A DNA stretch of 63,425 bases from Oligoflexales bacterium (lineage in GTDB: Bacteria; Bdellovibrionota_B; Oligoflexia; Oligoflexales; Bog-1112), in the NCBI GenBank assembly GCA_045106415.1, contig JBGCEP010000029.1, positions 1-63,425 of the forward strand. Reading direction: 5' to 3'. This document shows positions 1 to 9,634 of the stretch, in pieces; within the stretch, counting starts at the first letter, position 1; each line of letters starts with the position of its first letter. The notes under the pieces were generated by a model. The model was not told the origin of the DNA. It saw only the letters and a program-made list of their open reading frames with translations, and ran no database searches. The position numbers and the translations under genes are program-made.

Positions 1-1
1 A

Positions 2-85
2 GATTACAGCTCATTAAAGTCAACTTTTACAAGCGCTGAACAACAAATCATCATCGACTATCTTGCGCAATCAACACGCAATTAA
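2..85 (+). CDS. 3' end of an upstream gene (truncated by window edge)
   Basis: Open frame from base 2, DYSSLKSTFTSAEQQIIIDYLAQSTRN, ending in TAA at 83-85. Confidence 0.35.
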   Translation, partial: DYSSLKSTFTSAEQQIIIDYLAQSTRN

Positions 86-571
86 ACTCACGCCACCCAA
101 CATAAACCTTATAAAGACAGTTTCACTCACAAGACAAGTGAAGCTGTTCTGCTTTAAATAAAAAGCATCTATCAAAAAACATGGGAAAAAATTCAACTCT
201 ATCACGCAAAGCGCGATGCTAAAATGACATACAGCACTCAATAATTAAGCCTATATACCGAAATTAAGAGCCGTTCATGAAAAACAAACTCTCATAGTTC
301 AATCACTAACTGCTATGGTTTTTAAAAATCATCTATAGCATTTGTTTATAACAAAATTGCTCATACAATATCTTGGATCTACAAATCACACATAAAAACC
401 CAAGAAAACAAAAGACTCCACTACTGGATAGCCTGCGCTAAAAAAAACATCAATTAAATGTCTTTCATTGTTAACATCACACAGACTTACATGAGTATAA
501 ATTTCCTTTTATTTTTTCATAGCTGCCATGATCTGCTGTGTGATAAGCCTTCTTATCCGGAGGCTTTCTAT

Positions 572-2602
572 ATGTCAATAACACTCAAAGATCTCAACCC
601 CCCACAACGTGAAGCTGCTAGTCAATACCACGGAGCTTCTATGATTCTGGCTGGTGCCGGAACAGGAAAAACACGTGTAATCACAGCAAGAATTGCTTAT
701 ATGCTTGAGAACGGGGTGATTCCCGACCGCGTTGCTGCGATGACTTTTACAAACAAGGCAGCACGAGAAATGCGAGAACGTGTTGGAGAAATGGTTTCTA
801 CAGAAAAGTCTAAAAGACTCTCAATCAGTACTTTTCATAGTTTCTGTTTGCATATTTTACGCCGCTGGCCAAAACAGGCAAATTTACAGCCTGGTTTTGT
901 CCTTGCTTCTTCCAATGATCAATTAGATATGGTCCGCAGAGCTATGGACGAGCACGGTTGGTCAAATATCGGGAAACCAAATGATCGCCTCGCACAAATC
1001 AGCATGTGTAAAAATGCTCTTCTCAAGCCTGAAGAAGTTATAAAAAGGAGCTTAATTGAAGGCATTCCTGATCCTGCCATGATCGGTCAATTGTATGCGA
1101 CGTATGAACGACAGCTTCATTTAAATCAAGCCATTGATTTTGATGATTGTATTTTCAAAGTCTGGCAACTTTTAAAATACGATGAAAAAGTCCGACAATA
1201 TGTTCATAATAAATTCCACTATATTTTAGTCGATGAATTTCAAGATACAAATTATGCTCAATTTCAAGTCATTCGAGAATTAGGTAAACCACACAGTAAT
1301 GTTTGTGTAGTTGGCGATGATGATCAGTCTATTTATAGCTGGCGTGGTGCTATGAGCGATATTTTAGAAACATTCGAACGCTCGTTTCCAAATCGTCGTA
1401 TGATTAAACTTGAACAAAACTATAGATGTAGCAATACCATTTTGCACGCAGCAAACACTGTGATTCAAAACAACACACAAAGAAAAGACAAGGTTCTGTG
1501 GAGCGCTAGCACTTGTACACAGCCTATTTCTTTAAAAGAATTTGAAGATGCGGGAACAGAGGCTCGCTGGGTTGCTAGAGAGTGCACAAAATTAATACGC
1601 AAAGGCGTGAGTCCCTCAGACATCGGGATCTTATATCGGACAAATGGCCAGTCAACACCAATTGAAATGGCACTAAGAGAAGAAATGCTCCCCTCTAAAA
1701 CTTTCGGGGGACAAAGCTTTTTTGAAAGAAAAGAAGTTCGAGATTTTTTAGCATATATTCGATTATGCATTTCTCCAAAAGACGCTTTGTCTCTATGGCG
1801 TATCATTAATATTCCCTTACGAGGGATCGGTCTTAAAACACAAGAATATATTTCCGCAGCCGCACAAAAAAACAAAACATCCCCGTTAGAGACCATGGGC
1901 TGCGCAGAATTTGCAACTACCAAACCGCTACAACAAGCACATGCTTTCGCTGAAACTCTCAGGCGACTCAGACGACCTTTAACAACTCCAGAAGATTTAG
2001 AAAACCTGGGTACTGATGTCTTAAGAACGTTTAAGCTTGAGCAATACTTAAAAGACATTTCTAAAAATCCTGTCTCTTGTGAAGCAAAAATTGCAAACCT
2101 TCGCAAACTCCCTGCTTGGTTACGCAAAATTTCAAAACCAAAAGACGGAGAAAAAATGAACATAGGAAAAGTCTTTGATCAACTTGCACTTGGAGATAGC
2201 CCTTATTCAAACGAAGACAACAATGAACAAACGATTTCCCTTATGTCTATTCACGCTTCTAAGGGCCTTGAGTTTCCTGCTGTATTCCTTGTAGGCCTTG
2301 AAGAAGGTTGCCTCCCACATAAAAACAACAAAGACAACGCAACTGGCATTAGTGAAGAAAGACGGCTTTTTTACGTCGCACTCACCCGTGCTAAAGAACA
2401 CCTGTATCTTTCTTATAGCCGATATGGTCGTATTCGTAGTGATAAAGGAATATCGACGATTGAAAAAAAACCAAGCCGCTTTTTAGATGAACTTCCAGAG
2501 GAAATCGGTTTAAATACAAACACCGAGATCGTGCAACCCAAAGAAGTCAGAAAAGAGTCAACTCTTTCCTTACTATCTCGATTAAAAAAAGAACTCTCTT
2601 AA
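572..2602 (+). CDS. UvrD/Rep/PcrA superfamily 1 DNA helicase
   Basis: Motifs LAGAGTGKT, TFTNKAA, STFHSF, LVDEFQD, VVGDDDQSIY, LEQNYR, SIHASKGLEF, EERRLFYVALTRA; GGAGG upstream of ATG 572 favours that start over 458. Confidence 0.95.
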   Translation: MSITLKDLNPPQREAASQYHGASMILAGAGTGKTRVITARIAYMLENGVIPDRVAAMTFTNKAAREMRERVGEMVSTEKSKRLSISTFHSFCLHILRRWPKQANLQPGFVLASSNDQLDMVRRAMDEHGWSNIGKPNDRLAQISMCKNALLKPEEVIKRSLIEGIPDPAMIGQLYATYERQLHLNQAIDFDDCIFKVWQLLKYDEKVRQYVHNKFHYILVDEFQDTNYAQFQVIRELGKPHSNVCVVGDDDQSIYSWRGAMSDILETFERSFPNRRMIKLEQNYRCSNTILHAANTVIQNNTQRKDKVLWSASTCTQPISLKEFEDAGTEARWVARECTKLIRKGVSPSDIGILYRTNGQSTPIEMALREEMLPSKTFGGQSFFERKEVRDFLAYIRLCISPKDALSLWRIINIPLRGIGLKTQEYISAAAQKNKTSPLETMGCAEFATTKPLQQAHAFAETLRRLRRPLTTPEDLENLGTDVLRTFKLEQYLKDISKNPVSCEAKIANLRKLPAWLRKISKPKDGEKMNIGKVFDQLALGDSPYSNEDNNEQTISLMSIHASKGLEFPAVFLVGLEEGCLPHKNNKDNATGISEERRLFYVALTRAKEHLYLSYSRYGRIRSDKGISTIEKKPSRFLDELPEEIGLNTNTEIVQPKEVRKESTLSLLSRLKKELS

Positions 2603-2832
2603 AAACGCACAGGTGAGCCTATTAAACAGACCCAAAAAGCGTCTTATTTCGAGAGAAGAGAGCTTTATGTCTACCTCATCACACAGTTTTTCTAGCTATA
2701 AAAAACAAATTCCTACACGGTGTGATGCATACTGGTTTATAACAGATATTGCCGGAATTTCTGTTCGCTGCACATGATCTAACACAAGTCGTGTACGCAT
2801 CGAATAATACAAAACAAGTGAGGAAACATGCT

Positions 2833-3170
2833 CTAAAATTCTTTTCTGTTGTACAAAGTATCAAAAGCAGAAACCAAGACAGATGTCCTTAAACCTCGAG
2901 AAACATCAGCATCACCAGATTCAAACCATTGATGCCATAATTTTGTTTGCCACTGTTCATGAGGATGGTTTTGAAATAAATCATTATCTTCAAAACAAAA
3001 AAGATACTTTTTTACGCTAGATAAATACATATTTTCAAGAGTCACGGATCAAAAGAACTCTAAAGCCATAGGCTTCATGCGCTAAAGATGTCACCGCAGA
3101 TAAAAAACCTTGTTTAGATGAATAACTTTTCTCCCTAGCGTAAAGTAAAGAGAAAATGAAAAGATTAGAA
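2833..3170 (-). pseudogene. Possible decayed/frameshifted small ORF downstream of lplA-like gene
   Basis: 70-aa ORF (2833-3045) preceded by coding-like sequence in another frame; no recognisable motif. Confidence 0.2.
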
Positions 3171-3193
3171 TAAAAATATATTCATACTTTTAT

Positions 3194-3892
3194 TCATTCA
3201 GAAACCTCAGAAAATTTTTGTATCCGACTTCTGATTAAGCGTTGTTGAACATTTTTTAATTCACGTTCAGGAATCTCTATAAGTTGTGAGGAAAGAGCAT
3301 TTTCTAAAATACGACAATAGTGATCTTCAAAGCCTCTTTTGAAAGATTCAACTGAAACCTCTGAGTTCAATTCATCTAGACCTACAACAAAATCTTTATG
3401 ACAGCGTTGTTTTCTATAATCAGGCTCTTTCGACGGATGAGGCAAATACTCACCCATAAGATCAGAATGACTCTTCACAAGTATTGATGCTTGATACAAT
3501 AAATAACGCCTGCTCCTAAACAATGAGGTGCCAGCGACTTTTTTCACACCGTAAGCAAGATCACTAATCCCTTTTTGTTGCAGCTCAAGGTGACTCAAAA
3601 GAAAAATTGTATCTATTAAAGATTGGTTGAGGAGCTTAAAATAAAAATCATTTTTATAAGGATCTTGAACCCAAGCTCCAACACTGACAACTAAACACCC
3701 TGGGTGCAAAATAACAGCACCACCACCACCACAGCGACGAAAAACAGGAATATCGTTTTCTGCACACCTATCTAAATAAACTTCTTGTTTTCCATTGCCA
3801 TTCCCTAAAACAACAATAGGACTTTGTGGGATAAAAACTTTAAATGAAAGAGGCTTCGAACTTTCTTCTAAAATTTGTTGGTCAATCCACAT
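3194..3892 (-). CDS. Lipoate-protein ligase family protein (BPL/LPL catalytic domain only)
   Basis: VVLGNG, RRCGGGGAVILHPG, SDLAYGVKKVAGTS, HPSKEPDYR. Confidence 0.85.
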   Translation of the reverse strand: MWIDQQILEESSKPLSFKVFIPQSPIVVLGNGNGKQEVYLDRCAENDIPVFRRCGGGGAVILHPGCLVVSVGAWVQDPYKNDFYFKLLNQSLIDTIFLLSHLELQQKGISDLAYGVKKVAGTSLFRSRRYLLYQASILVKSHSDLMGEYLPHPSKEPDYRKQRCHKDFVVGLDELNSEVSVESFKRGFEDHYCRILENALSSQLIEIPERELKNVQQRLIRSRIQKFSEVSE

Positions 3893-5238
3893 TACAGTGT
3901 TCCTAAAACGAGAATAGCAATCTTAATAAAAATAATAATTGCAGTATTATCAACTAAAGTGGCAATAAAAGGTGACGAAACAACAGCTGGGTCCAACGAA
4001 ATTCTTTGAAAGAAAAAAGGCAACAAACCGCCTGCTAATGCTCCAAACATCACAACAATTAACAGAGAAGATCCAATAACAAGGCATACAGTGGGATCAT
4101 ACCCCCACATCCATGCTCTAAAATACCCTAACGTACCTAACGTTAATCCTAAAAACAAACCGGTTTGAGCTTCACGAATCATGACTCTCCACCAATCAGA
4201 AATCTCCATTTCTCGAATCGCTAAACCTCGTAAAACCAAAGACGCTGCTTGGGTTCCAGCATTCCCTCCAGACGACGTAATAATTGGCAAAAAGAAGATC
4301 AGAAACGACCATTTCGCAAGAATTTCTTCAAACGCACGTAAAGAAGAACCCGCAAACAACATGCCGCAGAAAAGCAAAATGAGCCAACCCCCTCTTTTTT
4401 TCAGCATTGTAAAAACAGAGGTTTCAAAATAACCCTCTTCAAGAGCATCTTGCCCACCGAACTGTTGAATATCCTCAGTCGCCTCTTCTTCAGCAACATC
4501 AAAAACATCATCAACCGTAACAATACCCAAGAGCTTACCTTGTTCGTCAACAACTGGAGCACACGGATGATCATATTTTTTAAAAATATCAATTGCACCA
4601 ACCTGATCTTCCATCGGTGTCATTTGAACCCCTGGAATGGACATGACTTCTCGAATCGGCTGGGATGGCGGGTCACACACCACTAATGTAGCTAGGGAAA
4701 CTTCTCCTTGCAAAAAACCATCACTATCTGTCACGAATAAATGATGCAAATACTCCTCTGGAAGAGTCGTATTCCAATGAATTAACTCCAAAGCACTTTT
4801 GACAGACATATCTGCATCAAGTGATAAAAAATCTGGACTCATCAAACGGCCGATAGAATCATCCGGATAACTTAAAAGATAACGCGCAATCTTTTGTTCA
4901 TTAGGATCAAGACGAAGTAAAACACGAGTCCGTAATTCATCGGAAAGTTCTTCTAGAAAGTGAGTTCTATCATCTGCTTCCATTTCATTTAATAATGGCG
5001 ATGCAATCGCATCAGGAAGTCTATCTAAAAAACTCTCTTGTAATTGAGAAGGCAGATAAGAAAACACAAGCGCACGCCGACTTCGTGCTATCAAACGAAA
5101 AAGGTTCACCTGAGCTACCTTGTGACTCTCTGCTATAACTTCTGCTATATCTGCTGGCTGACTTCCTTTAAAAAGATTTCGCAGCAGCGAATAATCACGG
5201 CGACTCAGCGCTTGCTCAACGAGCTCTCGCTCCAACAT
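3892..5238 (-). CDS. mgtE: Magnesium transporter MgtE
   Basis: N-terminal MgtE domain (PADIAE, EADDR), CBS pair, TVDDV..EEATED, SSGGNAGTQ, DPAVVSSPFIATLVD. Confidence 0.95.
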   Translation of the reverse strand: MLERELVEQALSRRDYSLLRNLFKGSQPADIAEVIAESHKVAQVNLFRLIARSRRALVFSYLPSQLQESFLDRLPDAIASPLLNEMEADDRTHFLEELSDELRTRVLLRLDPNEQKIARYLLSYPDDSIGRLMSPDFLSLDADMSVKSALELIHWNTTLPEEYLHHLFVTDSDGFLQGEVSLATLVVCDPPSQPIREVMSIPGVQMTPMEDQVGAIDIFKKYDHPCAPVVDEQGKLLGIVTVDDVFDVAEEEATEDIQQFGGQDALEEGYFETSVFTMLKKRGGWLILLFCGMLFAGSSLRAFEEILAKWSFLIFFLPIITSSGGNAGTQAASLVLRGLAIREMEISDWWRVMIREAQTGLFLGLTLGTLGYFRAWMWGYDPTVCLVIGSSLLIVVMFGALAGGLLPFFFQRISLDPAVVSSPFIATLVDNTAIIIFIKIAILVLGTL

Positions 5239-5249
5239 GAAGCTCTCCT

Positions 5250-6284
5250 TTAATCACACACAGAAGCAAGAGCTTTCTGCGCATCACTTGATAAAGTATA
5301 AGCGTCTGAAATTTTATTTAAAAAATCAGACAATGGGCGCTCTAACCCAAAACATCGATGCGCTTTTAAAAACTCTGCATCATAAGACTCATACAAGGAG
5401 ACGGCTTGTAACCTTGCATTGTTCCAAGATTTCACACCCACAAAATCATACTTTTTAAACTTTGGTTTTTTGTCAGATATCCACTTTTGAAAAACCTTAG
5501 CTTTTTTTTGCGCATCAAATACTTTTTGTGTTTCATATAAACTATGAAGAGTCTCACGGAAGTCTCGCGCCCACATCTTATACCGCCGTCTATCCTCTTG
5601 ATGCAACCCATAGTCCTGAAGTTCATCATGCATCTGCCATTTTATCAGCCATTTTTCTGTTAAATGTTTGGCAACATACGAAGCTAAACTTTCATTAAAA
5701 CGCACACCACCAGGAACCCAAAGAGTCCTATGGGTAAGCTCATGGAACAAGAGTTGAGCAAGAGCCCACCGACGTCGCTCAAGCATTGAACTAAAAATAG
5801 GCTCATCAATCCAACCTAACGAGGAAAATGCAGACGCACTACTTTTATACACATCAAAACCGTCTGCAATGAGTTCACTTGCAAAACGATCTCGATCCTT
5901 TTCATCAAAATAACCAACATACGGCACCGATCCAACAATGGGGAACCACCACGTTACCGACTGAAGGCGATCTGGATGTGCAGCAAATACCAACCATGAT
6001 GCTACAGGCTGTCCCGTGTCTACATACCCACGATAAGCTTGGCCTACAGACAAACCTTCTTGATGCGCAGCTTCTAAGACAACACCGATAAATTCAAGTT
6101 TTTGTTTTGTTTGAAGCGCAAGCTGAGGCCGTTGCAAAACCGTAGAAATAGGCTCTGCAGCCATGAGAAGTTGAGCTTGATACCAACCTTGCTGCGTCAC
6201 ATAACACGACGACAACAAGGAGGTAGCAATAAAAATGAAGATTCGTTTTTTTAAATTACATCGACCTGTAAATAAATCACGCAC
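5250..6284 (-). CDS. Putative zinc aminopeptidase lipoprotein
   Basis: Lipobox LLSSC, WWFPIVGSVPYVGYF, FSSLGW, FHELTH...FNESLA; start uncertain (overlaps ileS stop). Confidence 0.85.
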   Translation of the reverse strand: MRDLFTGRCNLKKRIFIFIATSLLSSCYVTQQGWYQAQLLMAAEPISTVLQRPQLALQTKQKLEFIGVVLEAAHQEGLSVGQAYRGYVDTGQPVASWLVFAAHPDRLQSVTWWFPIVGSVPYVGYFDEKDRDRFASELIADGFDVYKSSASAFSSLGWIDEPIFSSMLERRRWALAQLLFHELTHRTLWVPGGVRFNESLASYVAKHLTEKWLIKWQMHDELQDYGLHQEDRRRYKMWARDFRETLHSLYETQKVFDAQKKAKVFQKWISDKKPKFKKYDFVGVKSWNNARLQAVSLYESYDAEFLKAHRCFGLERPLSDFLNKISDAYTLSSDAQKALASVCD

Positions 6285-9200
6285 TGCATCCCCTGGATAT
6301 CATAATCACCAGAATGAGCAAAAGAGCTGGATTCCACTCGACTCCACTCCAATGCCAGCGTTTCATCACAGATGTAATGCTGCCAAGGCTCAATCATCTC
6401 ATAAAGTTTATCAGGGAGTTGGCACTCAATGCGAATTCGATCGCTCACGTCTAATTGACTATCTTTACGTAATTTTTGAGTTCTGTTCACAAACTCTCTC
6501 GCAAACCCCTCTGCGATAAGCTCAGGAGTCAATTGAGTTTCTAAAACAACTGTAACACCACCTCCTGTCGTCACAGCCTGCTCACCCAAAGGAACACATT
6601 CAATCAAGATATCATCACGATCTAATTGATGACCACAAATATCAATAGAGCCATGCTCCAGCTGTTTCACGCACTCAGAGATAGTTTTCACTTCCATTTT
6701 TTGGAGAAAGCCACGTACTTTGCCTAAATCTTTTCCAAGCCGTGGCCCCAATCGACGAAGTTGTGGCTTTAAAACATAGCTGACATATTGTGATTCTTCT
6801 GTGGAGTACTCTACATTTTTAACATTCAACTCTTGGCAAATCACCTCAGTTGCACATTTTAAATCAATTTGCATGGATGGATGCGTCACCACAACAACAT
6901 TTTGAAGAACTTGACGAATACCAATCTTGTGTTTTTGTCGTAACGAACGACCATGATTCACAGCTGTACGCACCAAATCCATATGATTCTCAATTTGAGA
7001 AAATTGTTCACCCGTATTTGGTCTTGGCATATCACATAAATGCACCGATTCTTTTGCGTTTGAAAGCTCTTCAGTCAAATGACGATAAATAAAATCTGTC
7101 AAAAAAGGTGCGAAAGGTGCAAATATTTTACAAAAATCAACCAGCACACGATAAAGCGTACTAAAAGCTTCTTTTTGATCTTGGGTCAATCCCCCTGAAG
7201 ACTCACCCCAAAAACGCCGCCTACTTAATCGAATATACCAGTTTGTAAGATCATCAATAAATTTAACAACCGCCCCAACAACTAAATAAATTTGATAGTC
7301 TTCCATATGCTTTTCAACATCATGCGCTAACGTTTGCAAGCGAGAAACCATCCAAAGGTCAAGCTCTTTTGTTGGAGCAACAAGGTCTCGTGCTGGGGAC
7401 CACTCATCGGCTGCTGCGTACGTTGTCAAAAAACTACATGCATTCCACAAAGGCAACATGACAGCTCGCACTGTATCGCGAACCCCGTGGTCTGTGAAAA
7501 TAAGATCTTCACCTCGCAGCAAATGAGAATTTAACATATACAATCGAGTACTGTCTGCACCTGAAGAATTTAATAGCTCATCGGGAGCGGTATAGTTTCT
7601 ATGCCGCTTTGACATCTTTTTTCCCGTGGCATCTAAAATAACACCGTTAACCACCACGTTCTTAAATGCTGGTTTATCAAACAATGCAGTACTCAAAACC
7701 GCAAGAGTATAAAACCACCCTCTTGTTTGATCTAACCCTTCAGCAATGAAATCTGCAGGGAAATTAGCTTCAAAACGTTCTTGATTTTCCATCGGGTAAT
7801 GCAACTGAGCATATGGCATAGAGCCAGATTCAAACCAACAGTCAAACACCTCTTCCCCTAAAGACATCGCAGAACCGCAATGCTCGCAAGCGAATGTATG
7901 ATCTTGCAAACGATGAGCGTGAAGATCACTGACTTCTTTTTCACACCGTGTTTCTAAGTCATTACGAGAACCTACAATCACTTGATGACCTTCTGCACAA
8001 CTCCAAACAGGAATCGGGGTACCCCAAAAACGGTTGCGACTAATCGCCCAGTCTCTTGCATTCTCAAGCCATTTCCCCATACGGCCATTTTTTAAATGAC
8101 CTGGGACCCAATGAACTTCTTGGTTATTTTTAACTAACTTTTCAACCAGTGATTCTACGCGGACATACCATGATGGCACAGCCTTATAAATCAATGGAGT
8201 ATCTGTTCTCTCGCAGAACGGGTAACTATGAACAAGAGTATCATGACGAATCAAAAATCCTCTTTCTTTCAGTAATTTGCAAATCCCTTTATCTGCATCT
8301 TTGACATATTGCCCCTCAAATTCAGGTATTTTTTTAGTAAAGCAGCCAGTTGCATCAATAGGATCCACCAGCTCAATGCCGGCTTCTTTGCAAATCAGGT
8401 AGTCATCTTCACCAAAAGCTGGCGCCATGTGAACAATACCGGTTCCATTATCAATTGTAACGTGGTGCCCTTCTAATACTGAAAAGCTCTGAGGATGGTC
8501 TTTAAAATGTGGAAAAATTGGATGATAACGTAATCCTAAAAGCTCAGAGCCTTGCATTGTCTCTAAGATTTCATAACCATCTTCACCACCTTTTCCTTCG
8601 TATAAAGCAGACAAACGGCTTTTTGCAAGAATCCACAACTGGCTTGTCTCAGCATCACGAATCTTTGCATACTCAACATCAACCCCTACAGCAAGCGCAA
8701 GATTTGAAAACAACGTCCATGGCGTTGTCGTCCATGCCAAAAGATATGTGTTTTCCTCTTCTTTTAGCTGAAACTTGATTGTAACAGCCGGATCTTGCAC
8801 TTGTTTATAGTTTTGGTTAGCTTCAAAGTTTGACACAACCGATGTCGTCCTAGGAGAATAAGGAACAACTTTAAAATCCCGATAAATCAATCCTTTTTCA
8901 TGAAGCTTCGCAAATACCGCCCAAACTGATTCCATGAAGTCGGGATCCATCGTTCGGTACTGCCTATCCCAATCCACCCAACGACCAAGCCGTGTGATCG
9001 TTTTTCGCCATTCTCCGGAGTAATGTAAGACCGACTCACGGCAAGTTTCATTAAAGCGCTCCACACCCATTTTCAAAATATCGGGCCGGCCATTCAGTTT
9101 TTCTCTTTTTTCAATTTCGTATTCAACAGGCAGCCCATGACAGTCCCAACCAAATCTGCGGTCCACTTGGTAGCCTCTCATAATCCAATAACGAGTCACC

Positions 9201-9397
9201 GTATCTTTAATAGTATTTGCTAATAAATGACCGTAGTGAGGCAAGCCATTCGCAAACGGAGGCCCATCATAAAATGAAAATTCGGGAGCATCTTTGCGTG
9301 CTTGATTCTGTTTGGCGAAAATATTGTCTTGATCCCAAAATTCAAGAACGTCTTGCTCAATCTCTGGAAATTGAAGGTCAGCTTTGATTGCTTTCAT
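6251..9397 (-). CDS. ileS: Isoleucine-tRNA ligase, type 2 (eukaryote-like)
   Basis: DGPPFANGLPHYGH, GWDCHGLP, WTTTPWT, DWAISRNRFWGTP, EGLDQTRGWF, KMSKR; 1048 aa with type-2 C-terminus. Confidence 0.97.
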   Translation of the reverse strand: MKAIKADLQFPEIEQDVLEFWDQDNIFAKQNQARKDAPEFSFYDGPPFANGLPHYGHLLANTIKDTVTRYWIMRGYQVDRRFGWDCHGLPVEYEIEKREKLNGRPDILKMGVERFNETCRESVLHYSGEWRKTITRLGRWVDWDRQYRTMDPDFMESVWAVFAKLHEKGLIYRDFKVVPYSPRTTSVVSNFEANQNYKQVQDPAVTIKFQLKEEENTYLLAWTTTPWTLFSNLALAVGVDVEYAKIRDAETSQLWILAKSRLSALYEGKGGEDGYEILETMQGSELLGLRYHPIFPHFKDHPQSFSVLEGHHVTIDNGTGIVHMAPAFGEDDYLICKEAGIELVDPIDATGCFTKKIPEFEGQYVKDADKGICKLLKERGFLIRHDTLVHSYPFCERTDTPLIYKAVPSWYVRVESLVEKLVKNNQEVHWVPGHLKNGRMGKWLENARDWAISRNRFWGTPIPVWSCAEGHQVIVGSRNDLETRCEKEVSDLHAHRLQDHTFACEHCGSAMSLGEEVFDCWFESGSMPYAQLHYPMENQERFEANFPADFIAEGLDQTRGWFYTLAVLSTALFDKPAFKNVVVNGVILDATGKKMSKRHRNYTAPDELLNSSGADSTRLYMLNSHLLRGEDLIFTDHGVRDTVRAVMLPLWNACSFLTTYAAADEWSPARDLVAPTKELDLWMVSRLQTLAHDVEKHMEDYQIYLVVGAVVKFIDDLTNWYIRLSRRRFWGESSGGLTQDQKEAFSTLYRVLVDFCKIFAPFAPFLTDFIYRHLTEELSNAKESVHLCDMPRPNTGEQFSQIENHMDLVRTAVNHGRSLRQKHKIGIRQVLQNVVVVTHPSMQIDLKCATEVICQELNVKNVEYSTEESQYVSYVLKPQLRRLGPRLGKDLGKVRGFLQKMEVKTISECVKQLEHGSIDICGHQLDRDDILIECVPLGEQAVTTGGGVTVVLETQLTPELIAEGFAREFVNRTQKLRKDSQLDVSDRIRIECQLPDKLYEMIEPWQHYICDETLALEWSRVESSSFAHSGDYDIQGMQCVIYLQVDVI

Positions 9398-9634
9398 CGA
9401 GATTCCTTTTTTTTATCTAAAACGCACGCGCTCCACGCAACCTTTCATATCCAATTCCGCGCCATATCGAAAGTTTAAAACAACTTTTCATTATTTTTAT
9501 CTCCATTAACACCATCAAATGGTCGATTTTTACTTATTTATGCTCAAATTAAGAAAAAAAACCAAAGCTTCTGGATTTTTAAAGGACTCCCCCGTATGTT
9601 TAGCACTGTTATTTTTCCTGTTGATTGGGGACGT

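Noticed and set aside
1465..2163. 232-aa antisense ORF inside the helicase (and similar shadows at 16004-16573, 40021-40488, 41711-42151, 57796-58191)
   Set aside because: Fully nested opposite well-supported genes, no motifs; codon-bias shadows
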